Assembly: GCA_015680685.1 (NCBI GenBank)
Contig: MNCI01000811.1
Coordinates: 112,381 to 176,380 of the forward strand
From: Gnetum montanum
Taxonomy: Eukaryota; Plantae; Gnetophyta
Reading direction: 5' to 3'
DNA: 64,000 nucleotides
Shown here in pieces: positions 41,801-55,000 of the stretch. The position numbers were made by a program, and so were the translations under genes. Each line of letters opens with the position of its first letter. The first letter of the stretch is position 1. The notes below the pieces were generated by a model that made no database searches, was not told where the DNA came from, and was given only the letters and a program-made list of their open reading frames with translations.

Positions 41801-42600
41801 CATGAGGCCATGGTTCATATGTTAGCGTCTATCCCTGTTAACGAAAACATGCTAGATGAAGAGAAAGTAATCCACATTTTCATGCTTTCCTCTACGATCA
41901 AAGAACCATGGCCAGTGCATTTGACATTTCATGATAAGCCCATTAAGTATTACCCTAAAAAGGGACAGGTGACAATGTCACCCATGTTCATCACAATTCA
42001 AGTCAACCAGTACAAGATCCAAAGGGTACACATTGATGACAGGGTTGCTACCAATGTCATTCCCTTTCTCATAGTGGACAAATTGGAATTGGTCGATCAA
42101 ATCAAGCCCACGGAAACTTCTTGCCTGAAATCATTCAATGGGGTGCACATAGTGGTAAAGGGAACTATCCACATTAACTTTGTGGTAGGGGACCAGTTCC
42201 CCACAAGCACAGTGTTCATTGTGATGGAAGAGATGCTTGAGTTCAACCTAATCTTGGGGAGGTCATGGTTAGCCCAATTAGGGATTGTCTCTTCATCGAT
42301 ACATAAAGAGATCCACTTACCCTATGTGGGCAGGGAAGTGGTGATCTATGGTGATGAAGCAGCTGCCCAAGACATAAACAACGTTGGCATGGAGTAGGGT
42401 TCAGAGATAGTAATCTCTGAGAATGAAGTATCTCTTCATGCTAAAATCCTTTGCTTGACTGATGAGCTGGCCAAAAATGCCGACTTAGATAAAGAAACTA
42501 TGTGGGCTGAGTTGCCTTCTCAGACAGTAGACAATGACATAGAAGAATACCACAACAAAGCCTCTTAGCCATATGCTTCACCTAGCCCATGATGGGTTAG
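38820..42600 (+). pseudogene. B1 gag-protease
   Basis: LPQFIKYNRKDNPNVHL, SLVGKALD*Y, knuckle FCDYHQLCGHDTD, protease IQRVHIDD..TNVIP..FNLILGRSWL. Confidence 0.88.
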
Positions 42601-42899
42601 TAAATAACTACATAATTAGAGACTAGCTCTAATTCAATTCCATAAATTCTTGGCTTTAACATTTTTTATATTCTTTGTCTTAATTTTAGCATCATATTCA
42701 CTGCCTGCATTATGTTCATGTTTAGCATCACGTTCACTATTTGCATTATGTTCATTTTTGGCATTACGATAACTATTTACATTGTTTTAATTATTTACAT
42801 CATGTCTTCTATTTGCATTCGCATCATGTCTACCATTTACATTATGTCCACCATTTACATCATAGTTGTTGCTTGCATTAATTATCTACCACCCAGCCG

Positions 42900-43260
42900 A
42901 GGATAGCCTTAAACTAGCACCATGGCCCGAAATGGCCTTAAACTACCATTGTGGCCTGAAATGGCCTAAAACTAGCAACTCTAGTTCCCTAAAACAAAGA
43001 ATACAAAAATAAAGTAAAAACTCATCATCATTGAGCAACGGCCCGAACTGGCCTTAAACTATTGTAATGGCCCGAAATAGCCTAAAATTAGCAACGGCCT
43101 AGAATGGCCATAAACTACCATCATGGCCCACTAAGGCCTAAAACTAGCAACTCCACTTCTCAAACAATAGACAAGAATAAAAAGAATCACCATTAAGAAA
43201 ATGGCCTAAAATGACCTTAAACCATTGCTGTGGCTCGAAATGGCCTAAAACTAAAACAAG
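42900..43260 (+). repeat. Array of GGCCCGAAATGGCCTTAAACTA motifs
   Basis: About 9 copies with variable spacing. Confidence 0.85.
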
Positions 43261-43489
43261 GGGCCCTTAAGGGACCCAAACACATTTAAAAAATAATAAT
43301 AACAGATTAACCAAAATGAAATAAATTGTTTCACATTATGTTCTTCATAAAATTTCATTCCATACAATAATGTTTACAAAAAATTAAATTCAAAAAAACA
43401 AAAACAAAAATCAAAACATAAGATAGAAAATAAAATAGTAAATCAAAACTATGATAAGGCTCTCATAAAATCAAATGTGACACAATAAA

Positions 43490-45954
43490 GAATGACTAAC
43501 CTAAGATGGCCCCACATCCATTTCGAAAGGTATCTTATCCATGCCAGCCGCTAGAAATTGTAGGATCTCCTCCTCAATGAGGTTGGCCCAATTTTCCTTC
43601 CCCAGATCAACACTTGTTGCAACTTTCCCTTTCTCCACAGCTATCCATCTCGAAGGTCTTAGGGAAAGGGTGTTGGTGGTGGTCTCCCTGGAAAATAAGG
43701 TCATTTTCCTTTTAGGAGATTCACTGACCACCACCTGTTGCATGAACTTCTCATAAGCTCTAGAAGCGCCAATGACATCAAGGAATAGCTTATGGGTATG
43801 CAACTTAGCTGAAGCATCCTGATATTATTTATGATAGGTGGCATGTTCCATTTTATACATGTGCTTATGGTTCTTTTGTGCCTACCCCCATTCGTATACC
43901 TTTGCACTATAGTCCTTCTATTCTTGGTTCTTCTGAGCTAGGAGGTTCATCTTCATGTGTTGTTTAATAATCTTGCGAGTGGTCTCATTCTTACTCCGTA
44001 CAGCTATCCAGTATCTTGCATAGTTAATCACAGCCATATGCCAACTACCATCATGAGTGTCATGGGCCAATAAAAACTCATTTCTGGACCGAAGGTCCTC
44101 CAACTCAGCGGCTTGGGTAGCCTTCTCTTTCTCAAGTTTTTGTACCCTCTTCCAAAGGTCCTCATTGACATACCTACACTCTCATAAGGAGTGTGTCGAG
44201 TACAGTGAAAATTTACATGTTTTCTCGTATATATGACAAGGTACCTCAACTACTTCTAGAGGAAGTTCAGGCACTACATCAACCTCTATCACTTGTTAGG
44301 GGTCCTACTTGAGACAAGAAGCTATCAATCACACATGGAAAAGCATTAGTCACAGTGCCATAGCAAAGAAATGCAACAACTTAGAGAGTCTAATGTAGTA
44401 ATTCCAACATACCTATCTCAGGATCTATCTACCTTAGGCAATTGATCATGTCATCAACTACTCCATCCATAAAGGTAAATTTATTAGGGGTCTTAGTCCA
44501 TGGTCAGAGACGGATCAAGGAAGAAGGATCAGGGGCATTAACAGTGGTGTCTGCTGCACAATAAAACATGTTAGCAATGATGGAGAGGGAAACAATGAAG
44601 TTGATGAATAACATAAATGAAAGCACAAAGCTCCTACCCAGAAAACCCTCAGGAGTGATAGTGGGGGGATCATCCATTGACACACTGTCAAGCAAGTGAT
44701 CAAACTCACCAGCATTGAATTGCAACCCTATCCATTCTAGCTGACTCAAAAGTGTGGTGGCATCCTCAACACTCATATGCCCCTTAGGTATTGGGGCACA
44801 CTTCATGAAAGGGTCATCGGTTGCAGGGGCCTTTTCCTCTACGACGGGGGGCTCCTCCTTTATGCTGAGGCCTCTTCTTCCTCTACAGCGGGTGCCCCTA
44901 CTTTAGGGGCCAAAACCTCTTCTTGTTCTTCCTCTTCTAATAAACACGTTCAAAATAAGCAAGATACTCCAACTTAAAATAGGCACTACACTAATTAGAT
45001 AGTTAAAAACACTTATCAATGATGGGTTGCACCTTGCGAACCTTGATTCCCAGCTTTCTCCCTCTTTCTTCAGTAGTACGGGGAGGATCTTCCACTGAAT
45101 GAGACTTTTTACGTTGTAGCTTGGTCTTCACCATCTCTACAATGAGATGTTCCCCACTTAACACATTGCCTATGTTGATGGGAGGCACCTCTCCAACATT
45201 GTCCCAGGCATGAAAGGATCATGCCACCCAATCACTCATTGTTATCGAAAGATATTCTGCAATAGCTTCTAGGGGGCTTGGGATCAGGTGATGCGGAACA
45301 CCTAGAAAATCCATGGCTTGGATATCTGGTTACGATCTTGCTATACCCAGGAATCATTTTCATGAACCACCAATAATTGTACAAACTGTCGTAGACAAGC
45401 TATGAAGAAGGCATAGTGAATGTTGAAACATGCATCAAGCTTCTCATGAAGCTTAACCATTTTAGCATGCAAGCCTTCAGAAAGGTACTTGGCCCAATTA
45501 TAATGGATCCCTTCCTTCATGACCTCCCTCATGATCCAATCCAACCCTACTCCAAGGATCTTCCCTTAGGAGAGTAGTTTGGGAAAGGCATGGGCTTAGA
45601 AGACAGGGTAAACTATTTGAGCCACTGCTAGCTTGACCTTATGGATATAAATCCCCTTTCAATCCTTACTTGTCCCTAACCATTCCTTGATATTCCCTTG
45701 ATGGTTTGCATCTTTGCTAGACTTTTCCCCTATAGGTAGACCATTAGAAGGGACCCCAAAAAGATCCAAAAAAAGTTTATCATTAATTTCAAACACCACC
45801 CACACATTATGAACCTGTGTGCAGAATCGATCAGCCTTTTCGAAAAGGAATTAGCTAGGGAAAGCATCTTTGTAGTTGGGACACTTGGATTTACTGCCAA
45901 GAATAAAACCATGAGCCTAGCCTCCTGAATGTTGTGAACTAGGGTGGCTAGGGC
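43490..45954 (-). pseudogene. B1 antisense spliced gene (decayed)
   Basis: Homologous to the B2 antisense gene (YNWAKYL/YNWAQFF; VEKGK..VDLG.ENWANL.EEE.LQ); donor-like sites near 44636, 44412 and 43499. Confidence 0.7.
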
Positions 45955-47386
45955 TGAAACACCACTAATTTCGGCCTAATACTTTGAGCAAGAATGACTC
46001 ACACTTGAGATTTCGAAGGAAAAATTACACATGCTGAGGTGATGCTGGTAGTGTGAGTGCAGCGTGCATAACTTTCAATGCCCAAAACTAAGTCAAAATT
46101 TCAAAGTGCAAGTCATCATCAAGACTTATTGTTGAAAACTTCAGACTTTAGCCTCCAAAATTCCAAGAAAATTACGAGTTTGTTTGCAGCTCACACTGCA
46201 GGTCATGCTGTGGTCACGCTGTAGCATGAGTCCAATGTGAGCTACCATAAATGGCTCAAAATAAGGCACTTTTAGGCTCAATTTGTCAATCACAGTCAGG
46301 AAACCCTTACACTTTAAGAATTAGGCTTCAAAATTCAAAATTCAAGATTTGGTGAAAATTGCAAGTCTTTGCTCATTCACGCTGAAGTCACACTGCAGCA
46401 TGAGTGTAGCATGCACATGCTGAGGACACGCTGCAATAAAATTAACTTACACTAGAAGTCCTGATCAAGTAGAGATGCCTCAAACAGCCACAAAACCACT
46501 CGAATTGACATCTGCAGTAGGCAAGTTAGAAATCTAGAAGTTTCAAGCAAGCCAAAATCAATTTCTCTTGTTATTTCATTATAAATTTCCATCATTTGTC
46601 ATTCGTCGAGCTCTTACGCTCTGAATTGTATGTGCCATGAGTGTAAGCTAACTTGAGCGAGTTGTCACACGTTGTAAGATACAATGTACTTGGTCTAGAA
46701 TGTAGCTTGCCCACACACGTCCAACTCACATACAGTTGTCCATTGGACACGTGTCACTTGATCAGCTTTCCTTTCATCTTCCAACTATTGATTTCATTCT
46801 TGAATTCTACACCCAAGCCTGGCCGAGCCCTATAAATACCCTATCAATTCACATAAATGGGATTGGCAATATTGAAGCTAAACGACTTAGGAAACTCAGA
46901 CCAGTAATCCTTGGGTGCTTAGCACACTTGACTCCTAGCATCCAAGCACTTCTGAAACACATCACATCACATCACCCCGGGGCTTGGCGCGTGACCTACC
47001 ATCCACACGTGTAGCTATGCTTTGACTAGTGCACATCTTTTCTAAGCAATACAATATAGTTCATTTTTCCAACCATTAATTTTTTTTACTCTATTTTACA
47101 TTTAGTTTACATTTTTTTTATGATACTTACATAAGTTTCTGTTTACATTTCGTGTGCACTATTTACATTTTAAAACATCAATTATGATAACCCCAACGGA
47201 AGTCATAGTTTACGCTTGGGGAAGTCCTTGGTTGATTTGCATGCAGATCATCCAAGGCACTTTGCCTTCATTCCCTTTTCTAGCTTACCCTCAAGCAAAG
47301 GCAGGGTCAACTGTGTCTACCTGACAATCTTTCGATGTTTGTTTTTTTTCCTTTTCAGCCTTACACTGACAATTTAGGTCAGTACA
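45955..47386 (+). repeat. B2 5' LTR (right end approximate)
   Basis: TGAAACACCACTAATTT.. matches the sequence from 63524 onward; TATA CTATAAATACC at ~46830; ends ..CAGTACA shortly before the PBS. Confidence 0.75.
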
Positions 47387-47392
47387 GTAAAA

Positions 47393-47409
47393 TGACACCA
47401 GAAGGAGGG
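47393..47409 (+). promoter_or_regulatory. Primer-binding site, tRNA-Asn type
   Basis: TGACACCAGAAGGAGGG ~ TGGCGCTAGAAGGAGGG, the complement of the plant tRNA-Asn(GUU) 3' end (recalled sequence). Confidence 0.65.
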
Positions 47410-47767
47410 CCTAACTTGTTTGTTGTTTTTTAAAATGTCAATCACGCTACCTGCTAAAATGCTACACAGACTAAGTACTGAAACTAAAGCACAGTTTGTC
47501 TAGGTAACTTACATATGCTAGCTTAACTTACCCATCCTGTCCTTGTCAGTCTCCTATTAGTTTCTCACACAGTAGTTGTCATGTTGTCAGTTAGTCACAC
47601 TGTTGTAGTTGTCACACTGTTTGTCAGTCACGCTGCTGCAGTTTCTCATGCTATAGTTGTTATGTTGTCTATCAGTCACGCTGCTGTAGTTGTCATACTA
47701 TCTATTAATCACGCTACTGTAGTTGCTCACATTCAACTCGTCTAACCTAGTTTACTCACGTTCACTA

Positions 47768-50700
47768 TGGAATCCTCCCAAATTAACCCAGTAACACTGC
47801 TGATCTCAAACTTTGGGGTTGAAACCTTGAACCTTGTGACTACTACGGAACCTATAACCATTATTGAACAGATAAATCCCCAAGGCCCTATGCACTAGTC
47901 ACTTAGGTTACAGGGCAAAGACCCTACCTATGTGAATCTTACACCCGAACAGTATAATTTCATCTGTGTCAAGATCCAATCCAATTTACCTATCGATTGT
48001 ATAGAGAGGGAAGCAAATAGAGACTATGAACTTATCAACAAAGGAGGTCATGAGTTCATCCCTTCAGTGTTAAATATAATCCCACTATCTAAACACCATC
48101 ATAAACTCATATCTCAGCTTCTCATGGCAAGGAGTCAAGCCTTACAGCTACCCCCAATAGAGCCTCAGGGTGGAAATGAGGAAGATGAGTTCGCAGCCTA
48201 ATTTGAACATGGGGATTCATACCATACTGTTAGCCCCCATTCCCATACAACCCATTGTTTCAACCTTTCCTAGAAGAGACTACACTTCCACCACCAGCTT
48301 CTCTATAGGAAGTACCCACTCCCATTCCCATCTTCTCAAAGTTCAACATTCAATCTAACATGTCCACTTCCATCGTACCTCTGCAAATACAAACCCAACA
48401 ACCTCCTCCTTAAACTAATGTAGGATTGACCTTTCGATCTCAAGTGATTGGGATGTCATCGGTCATACCAGCTTCCACATCTACCCATTACATACCTCAA
48501 GTGCAAATCCAACAAGCACCACTGATAACCTATGAATAGGTAGTGGGTCCCACCAGTTGTTCAACAAAACCTGTCTACTCATTACAGCGTACCACACCCC
48601 ATAGTCTCAGCCCTGAACATCGTCCCACCATAGCAAACGATAGTCCAACAACCTTTCTTTCCACAAATTGTGCAACGATCGAGTCATTATGAATCACCAT
48701 CAACCCAACCTGCCAATCTTCCTACCACTCAAGAGTAGGCAGATACGAAGAAAATGATGCACTCATTAGCAGAAGAATTAAAATGCCTTAAAAATGTGAA
48801 CACTAAGGAAGTCAAGGTACTAAACTTCTATCAAGATGATCTAATTGATCCCTCAGTCCCACCGCCAACCTTGCCAAAGAGAGTTTTGTTACCCTAGCTA
48901 ACCAAATACAATGGAGAGGGAGATCCAAACACTCACCTAGTAACATTTTGAATAGAATGTCTATTGCTTCAGGCATGGCCTCATGTAATTCTACGTGTGT
49001 TTGCTATGTCCTTAACCAAAAAAAACCCTAGACTAGTACCAAGCTTTACCCCGTAGCTCCATATCTTCTTTAGAGGACTTGCACCAGTTCGTCACCCGTT
49101 TTAAATAAAATCTAAAGCCTGAGGCTACGTTAGATAGCTTGATTCAAATTAAACAAGCGCCATTAGAGCTAGCACAAAAATTCATCCAAAGGTGGAGTGC
49201 GGCCTTGAATGAACTTCATAAGCCCATCCCTGAAACATATCTACTTACCATCCTTAAGGTGGTTGTGAATGATTTTATTAAGTCAAAGCTTTACTATTTG
49301 AAAGCCCATAGCTTGAGCTAAGAATTTGTGCAAATTAAAGACATAGAAGAGGTGGAAAAAACAAGCAATGACCCAGCTTACTCGACCCTTAGAAATCAAC
49401 ATAAAAGGAAGGATAAATCCAAAACAACAGTAGCAGTAGTGGCCAAGATAGCCTGACCTAACCATCAAGGACAAAAGGGAAAGCAACCCACTATCCCAAA
49501 TGGCTATGAAAGAAACACACCCACATAAACACCCGAAACTTCCTGAAATAGGAACACCAACATAGGTCATTCCCATACAGTCGAAAGAAAAGACCTCACT
49601 CAATACACATCCTTTCCCATGAAACCTTCACAATTTCTCAATCAACTTCTAAAGGTAAGGTTAATCAAACATAAACAAATGTCTCCCACAGCGTCTCAAA
49701 AACATGATCGATTCTGTGAGCTAGCCAAGAACCCAGCCTTAGCAACAGCTAATGGACCCCCCATTCCAAGAGGCTTTAGGTTGGATAGGTTTTGTGAATA
49801 TCACCAATGGTGTGGTCATGGGACCGATTACTATTTCACCTTGAAACAAGATATACAACACATGATTGACAGGGGTGAAGTAGTGTTCAATGAGAAAAAT
49901 CCAATAAGACCCCAAAACCAACCCATGGGGGTTTACAAGGATCCTTTCAACACCAATGATGTGCCATATGTGATTAACACTATCCATGTGGAGAATAGAC
50001 AAGATGTCCCACGAAAACCTTTTATGATTCGTAGGCTTTCAGAAAACACACCCACCTCAACATCTCCTCAAACCCCTTTCATCATACACACATCCCCTAC
50101 ACCACAAAAACCATTTGTTATCCAAGTACCTCCTTCTATTGCAACAACAACCACACCATCTGAAAACCAACCCATTCCCTTGTGATCTGGGTGCCAAAAC
50201 ATCCTAACACACAACCTACTTCCATTCCTCCATGACCTCTACGAGAATGTCTTGTCAATAGACTAACAAGAGAGTGCATGGAAAGAGAAAACCATCAGCA
50301 CAAATTAGGACCACCAAAACCTATGCTGCTAAATGTTGTTCCTATGGGTCCGTTCATTAATGAGCCTAGTACGATTCATCAAAACAAGGATGATGTCATG
50401 GGTTGTGTCCCAAACACAGCATCCTTAGTCACTAATGCAAAAATCCCTCCATGAGAAATACGAATGCTAGGTCAAATGGATCAAATCTCTATGGATAAGG
50501 ATGTCCCAAATGGTAAAGACCTAGCGAATGTGTTGACCCAGGTCAAACAAGCCTTAAAAAAAAGAAACACTTCTTTAAGTTTGTATGACCTAGTAATGAC
50601 TTCACCAGTACATCGAGAAGCTCTCGTACGGATGCTGACTTTGATCCCTGTTAGTGAGGACCTTCCTACAGATGAACCATACATTTATGCAGTATTGTCC

Positions 50701-51450
50701 ACGCAACCTCAGGAATCAAAGACTACATTCCTAAAGTTTCGTGCTAAGTACATTAAGCTAGATAAGAAAATAGGAGAAGTCACAATAGCCCCTATGCTCA
50801 TAATGATACAGGACAATCATTTCAAGATACATAGGGTGGATGTCGATGACAATGCGGTGACAAACATAATACCTTTTCCTGTCATCGAAAAATTGGGACT
50901 TACTGAACAAATATAGCCCACGACAACTTCTTTCTTGAAATCCTTTAGTGGTTCTCGCATTGGAGTGAAAGGTATGATTACCTTAGATTTCATATCTAGG
51001 GACCAATTCCCCACATCAGATGAATTCATAGTGGTCGATGGAATGCCAGGGTTTAATCTGATTCTAGGATGTCCCTGGCTAGCTCAACTTAGAGCAGTAT
51101 CCTCACCGGTCCATCAGGAGATCCACCTACCTTACGAGGGTAGTGAAATCATCGTACATGGGGATACAACAGTATCTCCCACTTCCTCACACCTTGGAAT
51201 AGATCAAGAGTCAGAAATTAAGTTCGTTGAGCCTAAGCAAGAAACTATGAGCACACATCAAGAGATGAACCCAACGTTAACTCACGATCTCACTAAAACT
51301 GAGGAAGCACTAGACAATTCAAACATAGGATCCATTCCCAATGATGTCTCCTAGTCAGAATTACCCTTTGACATCACTGATGAAGGGAAAGTGAGTATAA
51401 GATCATACCCACATGCCCAACCCCTCATATTAAACTACAAAATATTAAGA
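47768..51450 (+). pseudogene. B2 gag-protease
   Basis: KYNGEGDPNTHL, FCEYHQWCGHGTD, IHRVDVDDNAVTNIIP, FNLILGCPWL; several TAG stops. Confidence 0.9.
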
Positions 51451-52094
51451 AGTAACTCAATAACTAGAACAAATCACCAATGTCCAAAATGATGTTAAAC
51501 TACCAATGTCCAAAATGACATTAAACTATCAAACATCCGCAATGAAATTAAACTAGCCATGGTCAGAAATGGTCAGCTCCTTTTTAAAAGCTTTCTGAAA
51601 CTGCTATTGCTTTTGGCCCACTATGGCATAAAACTAGTAATCTTTCTTCTCTTAGCAACAGATGCAACAGTCCACCATGACTTTAAACTAATGTGAATGG
51701 CCTGAAATGGCTTTAAACTAGGATTCAATACATCACAAGTTTACAAACATTCAAAAGTTTACAAAAATTCACTACATTATGTCAAATTTTAGTTTAAATG
51801 ATGCAAGTTGCAGTCTCAATCTATGACTTTTTATTACTTCTTTTACAAATATTAATTCATGTTTTGTTCCCCCATCTTACATTTAGTTACACGCATATGT
51901 TCACGATAATACTAGAAAAAGTAGATAAAAAGAGAAAACAAAAAATAAAAAAAATGATACATTAATATGGTAGTAAAGTTTCAACATATTATGTCATAAT
52001 TAGGTCCACATTATTACATTTTTCAACCACATACATCCATCAAACATTCAAAAAATCCAAAAAACATTTAATAGCTAAAGTCTGATTAACAATA

Positions 52095-55000
52095 AGCTCA
52101 TGGAGGGGGCTGGTCCCCAAGATCCTCTTCATCATCTGCTCTTGCTCCACTAGGGCCAACTCTATCATTAACATGTCCCTACAAACAGAAAACAGAAGAC
52201 AAAACAAAAAAAAAATGGATAAGAGTAGTAAAAAAAATTATAAACAGAAAACTAGAAAACATTAAAAAGGAAAACAAAAAAACCATACAAAAAAATGCCA
52301 CAATAAAACACTCATAAGTGAGGAAGGCCCTAAGTTGGCCTCCAAATGTTGTAGAACCTCCTCCTCAAGCATGTTTGCCCAATCCTCCTCCAGGCCAAGA
52401 TCAACACCAGCTAGGGTTTTACCCTTGTCCACTAAAGTCCAGGTAGGATGCTCAAGAGAGAACATGCATGTAGAAGCATCCCTAGAGGTGGTGGCAATTG
52501 TTCTCTCAGGAGATCCCTCCACCTCGATGCACTCGGTGAACCTGTCATAAGCAAACCACAACCCTAACCCATCGATGAATATCTCCATCTGGCAATGTTC
52601 AACTGACTCCTCCTTCAATCATTTCTTATATTGATGTTTGTGGTCCTTTTGATCTTGGCCCCACTTACGTACCTTAGCCGCAAAGGACTTCCAATCATGA
52701 CATTTTCTGTTCAGAAAATCCATCTATGCCTTTTACTTAGCTAGGTCTCGGGTCGCTTGCACTTTGCTATTCAAAACCATCTAGTAACGTGCATAGGTGA
52801 TTTTAGATGTGCGCTAGGTGCTATCACCAGATAGTCTAGCAGCAGCAAGATCATAATGGGATTAGAGATCCCTTTACTCCCTCTCCTTTAATAGCGCTTC
52901 CTTTAATGAATGAACCTCATCCCATAAATACTCAACTGAATGCCTACAAGTCCAAAGTGACTTGGCGTTCTGTACGACACAATCGAAAACTGCATCATAC
53001 ACATTTCTTGGGACTTGCTCAACATTCTCTGGTAGCTTAGGGAGAGCATCAATGTGAGTATCTTTAGAGGGATCCCACTAAAGCTTGGTGCCTACAGGTG
53101 TTAGTACCACATATATGAATCAGTTATAATCAATAAAGAACGTAAAGAAAAATAATAAACCCAAACACTAAGTGTAATACACAATACACATACCTAGCTT
53201 TGGGTCAACTTCTTGTAGGCGAGCAACCACATCATTAACGATGCCTTTAACAAAGTCCATTTTTCTAGGCATCTTAGGCCATGGCCTCAGTTAGTCAGTC
53301 GATGTGGGACAAGTAGGGGAGGTCACTTCGATTGGAAACTGGGTCCCTAGCATCTCTGCTCGGGATGCATGTGCCTCAGAAATCTCAATGTCTACCTCTG
53401 ATACTAGAAATGATCAAGATAATCAAAAACAACACATGAAAATTAAAGGATACAAAAACATAGATTGTGCTGAAAGGAACATACTGAAAAGCCCTTTGCT
53501 ATTTAGCTTAGGTGCATCACCAAGCTGTAAATATCCATACAAGAAGCCATCGAAGACACCTCTTTCATCATTGGATTTCCTGAGTGCATCCAAAGCCTCT
53601 ACAAGCTTCATCCCCATGACGTCTATCACATCTTCCTCTTGCAAGGTGGAAGGTTCTTCAATAGTTTCTTCTTTTTTCTTCGCCTCTTCCTTTGACCCTG
53701 TGACATCCACTTCAGGATCAACCATCATGGCCAAAGTCCCTCTCTCTCTCTCTCAGGAACGTCCTCTAATAATTCTGAAATCTTAGAGTTAGTATAACAT
53801 AGTATATATAACATATAGGCCAAAAAATAGCAAAAAAAGAAATAATAAATATACAACAATAAAATAAGATACTTACCTTCCACTGGTAGTACAAACCAAA
53901 TCTTCTTTGCTTTTGGTGGTATCACATCTGGAGCAGACTCTCTTGGATGTTCTTTCCTCTTTACCTTTTCCTTGGACTTTCCCACAGTCTCACCAATCAA
54001 ACATTCAATTCTTTTAACAGACGTGCGTAGCCTGGGTGATTCCACTCCCAAGCTATCATGGGAATGATGCGAATGGTTGGCCGCACCTCCACTAGTAACT
54101 AACACCGATTCTTCAATATCTTCTGGTGGGTCCTGGGATCTAGTGGTGTTTAATGAATGGTGAATCCAAGGATGGGATAGTTGTGAATAGTCTCTCAAAA
54201 TATAGCGGTTATCATCATAAACCACTAAGAACTCAGCAAACCTATGTAAGTATCCCACAAATAAAGCAAAGGTAAAATGGGATTTACCATGGATGTTGGA
54301 ATGTAATCTATTGATTTTCCCATGAAAACCATATGCAAAAAATTGAGCCCAGTTGTAGCACATGCTTGTCTCCAAAACTGCACGCATGACACATGCAGAC
54401 TCGATCCCAAGGTTTCTTCCTTGAGAAAGAGATTTGGGGAATGCCCATGCTCGGAAGAGTGGATATAAGAAGTTTATCTCCATTGATCAGTTATCATCTC
54501 ACATGGAAAAACCCTAGGACCCTAAGGTACACCTAACCACTACTCAAGCTCTCTTATGATGTAGCCTCTTTTGTGGCTTTATCTATGATCACCGTGGCAC
54601 CATCCATGGGTATGCCAAAAAGATCAGAAAGAAATTCAGTGGTCAAGTGAAAAGATACCTTGACTCCTCAAACTTGCATGCTAAAATGGGAAGCATCATC
54701 ATTGAAAGAGTCAAAAATAGTGACCATCTCAGTAACTGGAATGTTAGGAGTCAAAACTGTGAACAAGTCCATCAGACCTACCTAGGTGAGACAGCTAATG
54801 ATCAAGTTAGAAGCTTTCTTCTGCAACCATTGTTGTGACTGATCTACCTCCCCATACTTCATGAAAAGGGTGGCCTCAGTACGTCTTGTTACAATAGTAA
54901 CTTCTTTGGGGAGGATGGATGTTGTAAAAAGAAAACATAGAGAAAAAATTTAAAAATAGGGTACACGATAATGCAACCAAAAAGAAGAGAAAATGGAGTC

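Larger units (their letters stand above)
36430..45954 (+). mobile_element. Tat/Ogre-like element B1 (LTR/5'UTR-like region, gag-protease, motif array, antisense gene), interrupted by B2; left boundary uncertain
   Basis: Proteins homologous to those of B2; TATA-like CTATAAATACC at ~38083. Confidence 0.75.

Noticed and set aside
52095-52125. Twister-ribozyme-like words (GGAGGGGG, GGTCCC.AAG)
   Set aside because: Wrong order and missing stems; explained as the last exon of the antisense gene.
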